Shown in pieces: positions 1 through 8,558 of a stretch of DNA of 64,000 nucleotides. Position numbers and translations under genes: made by a program. The DNA is from an uncultured Poribacteria bacterium. Its GTDB lineage: Bacteria; Poribacteria; WGA-4E; PCPOR2b. The notes under the pieces are model-generated. The model was not told the DNA's origin. It searched no databases and saw only the letters and a program-made list of their open reading frames with translations. Numbering within the stretch: the stretch's first letter is position 1; each line of letters starts with the position of its first letter. Location of the stretch: positions 4,633,266-4,697,265 of the forward strand of contig OY282444.1 in NCBI GenBank assembly GCA_958296125.1, in the 5' to 3' direction.

Positions 1-390
1 TGAATTGCGCTACTACCAACCCCTAATGCTTGTTACTTATTGATATAGTGTGTAGGGATTCAGCATTGCTATATACATACCGCCCCCCAGGCACTATGGT
101 TGGGCAAGATACCCGCCCTATGGGGGTGGACTGTAGGGCAGGTTGAACGGTTAAAAGTGAATCCATATCAAGGATGATAGCGGCTCAACCTGTCAAAAGC
201 ACCGTTTCATGAATAGATATAGTGAACCCCAACACTCAATCCACGCACTGATTATCAAGAGTTGGGGTTCTAGCTATACGCATTCCACCCCGCTGGGGTA
301 ATGTCGGTTCATTAATGAACTCAATTTGTCATACCGTAGTATTCACAATGGTCACAGTAAGAGGTTACGACATACGGAGTATGCCCTACA

Positions 391-3300
391 TTACTCGCCC
401 AGTGAAATGAGATAATCTCTCACCAGCCGGATCTGTTCTTCGGCATCTTCGACTGCAAAGCCATCAATAGGTTGATGTGTGCCGCTAATCTTGGGCCAAG
501 CTTGTGGCATCGCAGTTCCCGGTTGGAAGGATTGCGGGTCTTTGAGCCATTCAATGACCCAATCAGCTTTGAGACGACCCTTCGCTAGCGCGAGGTCGGG
601 ACGCCCGGTTTTATCGCTGCCCGGTGGGATAACTTCGCCTTGTTCTGGATGGCAGGAGATACACTGGAGTGCGTCAAAGATCTGTTTGCCGACGCGAAGC
701 TCCCTTTGAGACACCGGTTGTAATGCGATAGTTTCATACGGGAATGTCTCATCTTCAAGCGCAGAGAAGTATTTTACAAGTGCGGTCGCTTCCTCGTCCG
801 GGAGGCCGAAAGTAGGCATCCGAACTTCAAGGCCGTAGCGGATAGGAGTGGGGGCTTTTAGGAACGCAAACAACCAATCCGGATAAACCCTCGTGCCTTG
901 CGCTTGCAGGGTAGGCGGGGCGAAGCGCTTGGCATTCAGCAGGTCTAGTGCTTGATTAGCGGCAACCACATTCACGAAATCGCCGCCCTTCCCTTCAATT
1001 TCATGGCAGCCGGTGCAGTTATATTTTTTGGCTAACCGGCGCCCAGCATCAATCTGCCACGTCTTCTCGATCGGTTGATGAATGTAGCTCACCGGGTATT
1101 TTACAGGTTGGAAACTCTTGAGCAGAACAGCGAGGGCGCGTGCCTCTTCTTCACCGATGGTGTGTTCGCTAAAGACGGGCATTCGGGAGACAATACGGCG
1201 CGTTTGATAGCGTCTTGGATTGGTTAACTTTCCGATTGTCCAACCGTGCCAACTGTGTTCGACATCTGTCGTGTCTCCGAAGTCTAGTTCCTCAACGGTC
1301 TTGGCACCAAACTCGCCGAGGTCTGCACCGACCTTTGATTCATTCTCGAAGCCGGGAATATTATGGCAACCGAAGCAACCGTAGGTGCGAACTAGCTTTT
1401 CTCCCTCCGCTGGATCGATGGCTGCGTGGGGATTTTCGTTGCCGGCAATAGGAGAGGTTGTTGGCTCTTGCAGCGACATCAGGTAGGCAACCGTATTGTT
1501 CACCTCAGTTTTGGTCAAACGGAGGCTAGGCATAGCGGTGTCGGGATCGTAAGATTTTGGATCGCTAATCCATTGACGTAGGAATTGTGGTGTGAGTTTG
1601 CTGCCGACATTATCCAATTTTGGCGCGAAATCACTTCCGAGTCCGTCAACCGCATGACACGACAGGCACCCAACTGACTTAACAACCTGTTCACCGGCGG
1701 CAATTGCACGGGGTGCCGTCGAGAATGAGGCATCGCTTTGATCTATAGCAGAATCTTTCATCTGCGCCAAGTATGCCGCAATCGATTTCACTTCATCGAC
1801 AACCCGTTCAACGGCGGTGTCAGGATAAGGATATTTTGTGCCATCATCCTTTTGGAGGATAATGCCGGTGTCGGTCTTGGTGACGACACCGTAGTGTTTA
1901 TTTCCATTTTTGAGGTAAACCGCTTGGGTCAACTTTTCGACGGGGAAGAAATCTGGCATCTTGGTCTCTGGTAGATAGGCGGTCGGCTGTTTAATCCACC
2001 CTTCCAACCAGTCAACGCTATTGACTTTACTGCCGATTTTGGCAAGCGATGGACCCACTTTGTCGAGGTCCGCTAACACGGAATATCCCTCAACAGCATG
2101 ACACCCGTGACACCCGATGTCCTCAAAGATTGCCATCCCTTTCGAGAGGTCGGGCGAATAATCTTGGAGCTGTCCGGTCTCCGGATTGGGAGCGTCCAAC
2201 ATCATCACGCCGTCATGGCAGCGCCGACAGTTAGACTGCATGTAGCCGTGCAACTCCTCTGAGGCTTTACCTATGTGTTCATCCAACCCCAAGACGGGTG
2301 TCAACCAATACTCTTTCTTATGGTCTAAGGCGTGTGCAGCTTTTTGAGTTAGCCCTTGTCCCTGTCCGCCGTGGCAGGGGGTGCATCCAAATCTTTTAAC
2401 GGGGTGCTTAGCGAGTAACACATCGCGATGGGGATGCGTCCGAAGCACGGGATCATATCCAGTCTCATACGCAATCTCGATGAGGTCAGCATAAATATCT
2501 GGATCAGTAAAGGTTAACTCGCCATCCTCGCTTAATTCATAACTGCCCTCTTCTGCGTCTTCCTCATCAATAAGCACCGTTTCGCTCCCTGCTTTAATAT
2601 AGGGATGTTTTAATTGGAGTGTCAGACTGTTTTCGCCGTCCCCTTCAATCTCCTCAAATTGCTCTTTAGCAAACCCTTCGTATCCAGCTTTGTCCGAAGC
2701 GAAGTGACAGGTCGCGCATCGATCCGCCGTATAATCAAAATCTTCAATGTAGTATTGAACGACTGTACGTGTCTTTGTAAAGGGGCTTTCTGCCAATGTG
2801 CCGATGAAAGTGCGCTTAATACCACCGACAGAATGGAGTTTCTCCCCAAGTCTGTCAACCTCAGCGTATTTCGCTTTATCCGCTTTCGCAGCCTCAATTC
2901 TCGTCTGAAGGCCACTAATCTTCGCTGCAATCGTCGTATCCGCTGCGTTATATTTCCGGGCGAGGAGATACTCGCCGAGTGCTGCCTCAACGTGTCCATT
3001 GGACTCATAGAAATCAGCGAGACTTTTATAAGCAGCGGCAAGATTCCGCTCCGCCTCCAGCACAGCGTCCGTCAGTGTTCCCTCAATTCGACTCTCAAAC
3101 TCGTCTAATTTCTTTTTCCATTTTTCCGATTTCTCTTTTTCTCCATGGTGCAGTGCATACTGGTATTTATAGTTGATTGCATCCGACTCACTCTGATCAA
3201 ATTTACGATCCTGCAAGGCTTCGTCTAACTTAATCTGCAACCCCGCAATCGCATCCCTTAGCGTCCCCTCTTTTTTAGGGTCAATTTCTTGAGGTCCTTC

Positions 3301-3516
3301 AATCTCAGGCAGATCCTGTTTTGCCTTTGCCAACTCAATCTTGGTTTTTTGATACTCGTATTCGTAAAATTGCCGCTGAATCTCCTTCCATGGTCGTCTA
3401 GTAATTGTTTCGTTATAGAAACCCCACAGCGTAACGAATCCCAACAAACCGGAAAGGATAAAAAACAGTGCTGCATAAGATTTTTCCTCAACCAGAATTT
3501 CTTTTTTGCTCCTCAC
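391..3516 (-). CDS. Membrane-anchored octaheme cytochrome c, terminal subunit of a Rieske/cytochrome b complex
   Basis: N-terminal TM helix and coiled coil; 8 CxxCH motifs (CATCH, CTPCH, CRRCH, CHGCH, CLSCH, CFGCH, CTGCH, CISCH); MP distal-ligand motifs; last gene of the Rieske-cyt b-subunit IV operon. Confidence 0.9.
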   Translation of the reverse strand: MRSKKEILVEEKSYAALFFILSGLLGFVTLWGFYNETITRRPWKEIQRQFYEYEYQKTKIELAKAKQDLPEIEGPQEIDPKKEGTLRDAIAGLQIKLDEALQDRKFDQSESDAINYKYQYALHHGEKEKSEKWKKKLDEFESRIEGTLTDAVLEAERNLAAAYKSLADFYESNGHVEAALGEYLLARKYNAADTTIAAKISGLQTRIEAAKADKAKYAEVDRLGEKLHSVGGIKRTFIGTLAESPFTKTRTVVQYYIEDFDYTADRCATCHFASDKAGYEGFAKEQFEEIEGDGENSLTLQLKHPYIKAGSETVLIDEEDAEEGSYELSEDGELTFTDPDIYADLIEIAYETGYDPVLRTHPHRDVLLAKHPVKRFGCTPCHGGQGQGLTQKAAHALDHKKEYWLTPVLGLDEHIGKASEELHGYMQSNCRRCHDGVMMLDAPNPETGQLQDYSPDLSKGMAIFEDIGCHGCHAVEGYSVLADLDKVGPSLAKIGSKVNSVDWLEGWIKQPTAYLPETKMPDFFPVEKLTQAVYLKNGNKHYGVVTKTDTGIILQKDDGTKYPYPDTAVERVVDEVKSIAAYLAQMKDSAIDQSDASFSTAPRAIAAGEQVVKSVGCLSCHAVDGLGSDFAPKLDNVGSKLTPQFLRQWISDPKSYDPDTAMPSLRLTKTEVNNTVAYLMSLQEPTTSPIAGNENPHAAIDPAEGEKLVRTYGCFGCHNIPGFENESKVGADLGEFGAKTVEELDFGDTTDVEHSWHGWTIGKLTNPRRYQTRRIVSRMPVFSEHTIGEEEARALAVLLKSFQPVKYPVSYIHQPIEKTWQIDAGRRLAKKYNCTGCHEIEGKGGDFVNVVAANQALDLLNAKRFAPPTLQAQGTRVYPDWLFAFLKAPTPIRYGLEVRMPTFGLPDEEATALVKYFSALEDETFPYETIALQPVSQRELRVGKQIFDALQCISCHPEQGEVIPPGSDKTGRPDLALAKGRLKADWVIEWLKDPQSFQPGTAMPQAWPKISGTHQPIDGFAVEDAEEQIRLVRDYLISLGE

Positions 3517-3573
3517 GATTCCTATTGACTCCTTACTGTTTGAATGGACGAATTACACATTACGCAATACGCC

Positions 3574-4440
3574 CTAGATATTAAACCACGGAGAAACCCA
3601 AATGTACTTGATATTCAATGTCCACCGAAGAATCATCTTGATTGGTAAAGCCATCATCGTTAAGAGCAAGAATGAAACAACGATGTACCGTACCAATCCC
3701 AACTCCTGAAGAAATTTGCTCGTTCCTCTTTTCAAAAAGTAATAGATAGGGCCCAAAGCAAAATATCCAGCGACAGCACACAACCCGAAAATACCGGCGG
3801 GTTGTTCGTTCCGGATGCCGAATAGGTAAGATAGGTTGACGTTAGTTAACGGCACAACTTTGTGCGGATCCCACTCTTTCCATGGGGCGAAAAAGTTCCA
3901 ACCGGGCCCTCTCAGGAAGGTGCCGACGACCATCAGCACAATCCATAACACGAAAAAACCGAAACAGAAGGTTATCAGTGCAAACGGACGTTCTTTTAGG
4001 GTGTAGTAACCTTTCCCTCTGGGATTGATATCTATGTAGGGAATGGCGATTAAACCAGCGATGATTAGCCCCGGCAAAACAACACCTGCAATCCACGGAT
4101 CAAAGTAAACCAGCATTTCTTGTAGCGCGAGGAAATACCAAGGGGCTTTAGAGGGATTCGGGGTTTTTGTCGGATCGCTTGGCTCTTCAAGCGGGGCATC
4201 AATAGTAATAGACCATATCCCCAGAACCAGCATTATAATAATCGCACAGAGAAACTCGTTGCGGCAAAGGTAGGGCCAACAATAGACTTTATCATTAAGA
4301 GCTGCTTCTGCCGGTGTGCCGGCTCGGTCATTTCTACGCCCTTGGCTGAATGCAAGCCAAGTGAATAAAGGTAACAATAACACAATTGCAACAATCGGAA
4401 CGTTGTCAGGCTTCGTAACCAATTCAAGAAAATGCTCCAT
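3574..4440 (-). CDS. petD: Cytochrome b C-terminal / subunit IV-like protein
   Basis: APLEEPSDPTKTPNPSKAPWYF (PEWY-equivalent), several TM helices, follows cyt b6. Confidence 0.85.
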   Translation of the reverse strand: MEHFLELVTKPDNVPIVAIVLLLPLFTWLAFSQGRRNDRAGTPAEAALNDKVYCWPYLCRNEFLCAIIIMLVLGIWSITIDAPLEEPSDPTKTPNPSKAPWYFLALQEMLVYFDPWIAGVVLPGLIIAGLIAIPYIDINPRGKGYYTLKERPFALITFCFGFFVLWIVLMVVGTFLRGPGWNFFAPWKEWDPHKVVPLTNVNLSYLFGIRNEQPAGIFGLCAVAGYFALGPIYYFLKRGTSKFLQELGLVRYIVVSFLLLTMMALPIKMILRWTLNIKYIWVSPWFNI

Positions 4441-4468
4441 ATATCACCTCAATCAATAGGGATTAACA

Positions 4469-4538
4469 CTCATGTTAAGAAATCGTGCAACAGAAACCGA
4501 TTTTTTTTAGTGCTTTGCACTTTCTTTTTACATGAGCC
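4469..4538. mobile_element. Family A MITE/REP-like copy between petB and petD
   Basis: ctcatgttaagaaatcgtgcaacagaaaccga...ttacatgagcc. Confidence 0.62.
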
Positions 4539-4559
4539 GGGATTAAAATGAATCCAGTC

Positions 4560-5333
4560 CTACAGCGGGCCAGAAATACCCCCGTCCTTGCGGACCCGCC
4601 AAAAATGTAGTGCCATCAACACACTTGCCAAAAGCGGCACAGCGACACAATGCAGGATGTAAAACCGCAAGAGCGTTGAGGGCCCAACAATTGTCCCACC
4701 AAGGAGGGCAAAGCGCACATCATTCGATTGGGTGACAATATCCTGTGGGTGGAATGGACCTTCATGCCCTAAAACCGGTGTCGCTCGCGCCATGTTCGTT
4801 CCGACGGTGACCGCCCAAAATGCGAGTTGATCCCACGGCAGCAGGTAGCCGGTAAAACTAAGGAAAAAGGTCACAAGCAGTAGAATGACACCAACCCCCC
4901 AGTTAAATTCACGCGGCTTTTTATAAGACCCTGTCAGGAAAACGCGGAACATGTGAAGCATCACTGCGATGACCATACCGTGCGCCGCCCAGCGGTGCAT
5001 ATTGCGTAGGAGCATTCCAAAGGGGATGTCAAACTCAAGATACTGTATATCACGAAATGCGTACTCGGCGGTAGGACGATAGTAGAACATCAGTAACACA
5101 CCTGTAACGGCGGTGACGAGAAACATCAGAAAGGTAATCCCTCCCATACACCATGTAAATCGGAAATTAATCGCGTGGCGGGTAACGCGGGGGGGATGGA
5201 GATGTAGCCAGACATTTTGGAGGACTTGGAGGGTGTACCGCCTTCCTGTTTTTTCGTAGCCATGGCGAAACATCGACTGCCAAATTGGGTTATTTGTGAT
5301 TTTCTCTTTTAATCCATTACGTCTTTCATTCAT
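4560..5333 (-). CDS. petB: Cytochrome b6-type (split cytochrome b, N-terminal)
   Basis: WCMGG (heme ci Cys), RNMHRWAAH, LHMFRVF, TGYLLPWDQ, ISGPL C-terminus. Confidence 0.93.
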   Translation of the reverse strand: MNERRNGLKEKITNNPIWQSMFRHGYEKTGRRYTLQVLQNVWLHLHPPRVTRHAINFRFTWCMGGITFLMFLVTAVTGVLLMFYYRPTAEYAFRDIQYLEFDIPFGMLLRNMHRWAAHGMVIAVMLHMFRVFLTGSYKKPREFNWGVGVILLLVTFFLSFTGYLLPWDQLAFWAVTVGTNMARATPVLGHEGPFHPQDIVTQSNDVRFALLGGTIVGPSTLLRFYILHCVAVPLLASVLMALHFWRVRKDGGISGPL

Positions 5334-5498
5334 ATCAACAACTCAGCCTGCCTCGCGTTAGCATAACCAAGGCTGTATAGCTCCTTTCTTGCTCAATTTG
5401 ATTTTGTCGTTAAGACCGCACCAAAAGGGGGTACAGTTTAATCGAATGGGAAACAACAGCTGTCAGGAGGGAACGTAGATTATGAACCATCGACTGCA

Positions 5499-5990
5499 CT
5501 AAATCCTTAAAGAAGATCCCGCTTTCTCCCAATCGCCCCGCTCTTCCAGAAACTTCACGGACTTATCGATCAGCAATTGTCCATCAGGTGCCATCGTAAT
5601 TTGCACACGCTCAAGGGGCCTCGGTGCAGGACCCTCAAAGTGCATCCCTTCACGGTCAAACCCACTCCCATGACAAGGACACTTAAACTTATTCTCAGAC
5701 GCAAGCCATCGAGGGGTACAACCGAGATGCGTGCAGATAGCTAACAACGCGTAAAACTCGCCATCTTCTTTCCGAACAATCCAAACGCGATACGGATTTT
5801 TTTTGAACTTCTCGCTAACCGTTCCGGGCGGATATTCACCGGGAAATCCGGCCTTAAAGACCGAAGATGGTTCAAAAAGGACTCGCGGGTATAAAAATCG
5901 AATCAATCCAGGACCAAAGGCAAGCCCAGTAGCAGCAAGGAAATTTCCCCAGCCCAGAAACTTAAAAAATGAACGTCGAGATAACACCAA
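5499..5990 (-). CDS. petC: Rieske 2Fe-2S subunit
   Basis: CTHLGC and CPCHGS motifs; Tat signal SRRSFF; start moved to TTG 5990 after GAGGTG RBS. Confidence 0.92.
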   Translation of the reverse strand: MVLSRRSFFKFLGWGNFLAATGLAFGPGLIRFLYPRVLFEPSSVFKAGFPGEYPPGTVSEKFKKNPYRVWIVRKEDGEFYALLAICTHLGCTPRWLASENKFKCPCHGSGFDREGMHFEGPAPRPLERVQITMAPDGQLLIDKSVKFLEERGDWEKAGSSLRI

Positions 5991-6130
5991 CTTCACCTCA
6001 AATTCAAAGTTTGTGGAATTAGTAAAACGGCGTGTGAAAAGCAAAGGACACGATCCGAGTGTTTTGATTGCAGTTTGTCCAATCGGCAGTGATTATAGCA
6101 TGACGCAAAAAAGAGATCAAGTCATAAAAT

Positions 6131-6161
6131 GAAAGGGGGCACGGATATCCGTGACCCCTTC
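6131..6161. terminator. Intrinsic terminator-like hairpin after the aldolase gene
   Basis: aagggggcacgga-ta-tccgtgacccctt inverted repeat. Confidence 0.55.
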
Positions 6162-6224
6162 AGAACCCCATGAGCCCATTGAGTTTCACCCGTTCAGTTG
6201 ATAATCCGAACGTTTCACGCATTC

Positions 6225-6869
6225 TCAAGCATTCACCTTGACATGCGTGCCCTTCATCTGCGCCACAACGTGCTGAATGCAGTCTTCAACCGTTTTGAAT
6301 GGATGGTCTGGATACAATTCTAAACTAAAGTTCAGGTCATTCGCACCAAAGACGAACATATCAATACCCGGTTTGCCAAGATGTCGTGCATTGGTTATCG
6401 CATTGACCGACTCCAGTTGTAGGCAGAGGATGCCGTTGTTGTTCCACCATTCGGCGTATTCCAGTCGCTCCATATCCGGTTTGAAGCCGTACCCCGAACT
6501 GGGACCCCAACTCCTTTTTCCGATCGGCGGATAGTAGAAGGCGTTTATCGCCTCATCAACCGTTTCCTCGTCCTCAACCTGTGGCACCACAATGGAAAAT
6601 GGACCTAAGTCCAGGTAATTGCCGATTAGGTACGCCTGCCGCGTGTTTTTGATGCGAAACTGGGTAGGCACCCCCAACTCCGCTGCTGTAGCACAAAATG
6701 AGACCAATCTATCTTCGTTGAATGCTGCGTGCTGGCTGTCAATAGAGACTACGTCGTAGGAATCTTGACTGAGGAGGGCTTCGAGTTCGCTCCTTGAGGT
6801 GTCTATGGAAGACCCTGCGACTTTGAGGCTTTCCCCCCGGTGTAGACGTTGTTTCAACGATTCTGACAT
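6225..6869 (-). CDS. HpcH/HpaI aldolase/citrate lyase family protein
   Basis: IDSQH, YYPPIGKRSWG, LQLES, FVFGANDL motifs; AAGGAGG RBS. Confidence 0.85.
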   Translation of the reverse strand: MSESLKQRLHRGESLKVAGSSIDTSRSELEALLSQDSYDVVSIDSQHAAFNEDRLVSFCATAAELGVPTQFRIKNTRQAYLIGNYLDLGPFSIVVPQVEDEETVDEAINAFYYPPIGKRSWGPSSGYGFKPDMERLEYAEWWNNNGILCLQLESVNAITNARHLGKPGIDMFVFGANDLNFSLELYPDHPFKTVEDCIQHVVAQMKGTHVKVNA

Positions 6870-7037
6870 TTTTCGCTACCTCCTTGATGTTGTTGACAAG
6901 TTATCTTCCTCGTCATCGAAGTGGAAGGTAAATGGTAAAAATAGTCACATGTCGCCCCACTGGAACTAATGAACCTGTGAGCGTTTACACATTACGCATC
7001 ACGTTTCACACATTCTATATTGAGATATCTTCCCCGG

Positions 7038-8420
7038 TTATTCTGCGTTTTTCTCCTTTATCCGCACGCTATTCATCATATCTCCCGCACGAAGCTGATC
7101 GACCACCTCCATCCCAGCAATGACTTTCCCAAAGGTTGTATATTGACCGTTGAGACTAAAATAGCGAGAGGGTTTTGTGTCCAAACAGATGTAAAATTGG
7201 CTTCCTGCGGAGTCCGGATCGTTAGCTCGTGCCATAGCGACCACCCCTTTTCGGTGTCGGGGCATCTTCGCCCGCAGTTCCGGATTTTGAAACTCGCCCG
7301 GAATCGTCCACCCCGGTCCCCCCATACCATCGCCACTTGGATCCCCACCTTGAATTACAAAGTTCTCTACATACCGATGAAAGGTGAGACCATTGTAAAA
7401 CTCCATTTCAACTAGCTTGATAAAGTTGGCAACGGTTTTCGGGGCGATGTCTGGGTAAAGTTCCATTTCGATTGTGCCTTTGTCTGTCTTAAGCACAACA
7501 ACAGGATGTTCAATCCGCAACCGTGCAAGGATTGCGCGGTGATCCGATACCCCGCTGACATCAATAATTTCACACCGCTTGTCCTCCTCAACATTGCGAA
7601 ACTCATTCCGCAAGCTTGGACTGATGAGGATGTGATCGAGTAGATTTTTCTGATCCTCGTGGATGTATGTGTACCGCTCCTCCGCTTCAACTGCATTGGC
7701 GGTCTGGAGGAAATCTCCCCAAATGTCATCGAACCCACGGATCCGGTTGATGACTGGCGTTGCCGGTGTGTCGTTCATGTTCCCCATGACGATGACATTC
7801 TTCCCTCCCATCATTGCCTTGACAGCTTGCCGACGCACAACGGTGGCTTGTGCAAGCCGCTTGGCATCGCTTGGATTGAGGCGAGAGACAAGGTGAGCAA
7901 TTAGGATATAGAAAGGTTGATTGTCAATCTTCAATTCGACCCCCAGAATCTTTGAAAGGTGTACGTCGTGCTCTTGGTCATCCACGAAGTAAATTTCACG
8001 CTCATCTGGAAAGTTCGTTGCGCTCCCCCGCACAATCCGAAATTTCGTGAGGATAGCGACACCTTGACCGGTATAGGTGTCGCTGCCTTCATCGAAGGCG
8101 ATTTGCCAGTCGTCGGGCCTTGCGAGGTAAGATTTGACTTTTTCGAGGACAGCTCGGTTTTCAACCTCAACGAGACCGACGATATTGGCTTCGTGTGTAT
8201 CAATAAGTTCAGCGATGGTCTTGGCTTTTGCCTCATATTGCTCTGCGGTTGGTGCAGGCACAGATTTGCCGACAACCTCTCCGTGTAGTTCTTCATCATC
8301 GAAAAAGAATTCAGTGCTCAGTAAGAAGATATCAATTTCAACGTCCCCAACTGCCGGACTAAGCAAGCATAACATCAAACAGAGCACTGCAAGAATTGCA
8401 AAAACGGGTCTATGGTGCAT
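7038..8420 (-). CDS. Exported endonuclease/exonuclease/phosphatase (EEP) domain fused to a C-terminal cyclophilin PPIase
   Basis: Signal peptide; EEP motifs VEVEN, GNMND, LDHI, SDH; cyclophilin motifs FHRYVENFVIQGGDP and SAGSQFYI; start placed at ATG 8420. Confidence 0.82.
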   Translation of the reverse strand: MHHRPVFAILAVLCLMLCLLSPAVGDVEIDIFLLSTEFFFDDEELHGEVVGKSVPAPTAEQYEAKAKTIAELIDTHEANIVGLVEVENRAVLEKVKSYLARPDDWQIAFDEGSDTYTGQGVAILTKFRIVRGSATNFPDEREIYFVDDQEHDVHLSKILGVELKIDNQPFYILIAHLVSRLNPSDAKRLAQATVVRRQAVKAMMGGKNVIVMGNMNDTPATPVINRIRGFDDIWGDFLQTANAVEAEERYTYIHEDQKNLLDHILISPSLRNEFRNVEEDKRCEIIDVSGVSDHRAILARLRIEHPVVVLKTDKGTIEMELYPDIAPKTVANFIKLVEMEFYNGLTFHRYVENFVIQGGDPSGDGMGGPGWTIPGEFQNPELRAKMPRHRKGVVAMARANDPDSAGSQFYICLDTKPSRYFSLNGQYTTFGKVIAGMEVVDQLRAGDMMNSVRIKEKNAE

Positions 8421-8558
8421 CTCATTTCCTTCCATCAACAGGACTCTCAGTTCTAAAAGCACATAAGGACGCGGATTTCACAGATTTTCGCAGATAAAAA
8501 AAAACGAAAGCGATCTGTGTTTATCAGCGTCCCTTTGAATTTTTTTACGCCCAGCATT

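Noticed and set aside
1..390. Possible CRISPR array or tRNA
   Set aside because: No regularly spaced identical repeats and no cloverleaf/TTCGA arm; REP-like hairpins explain the region
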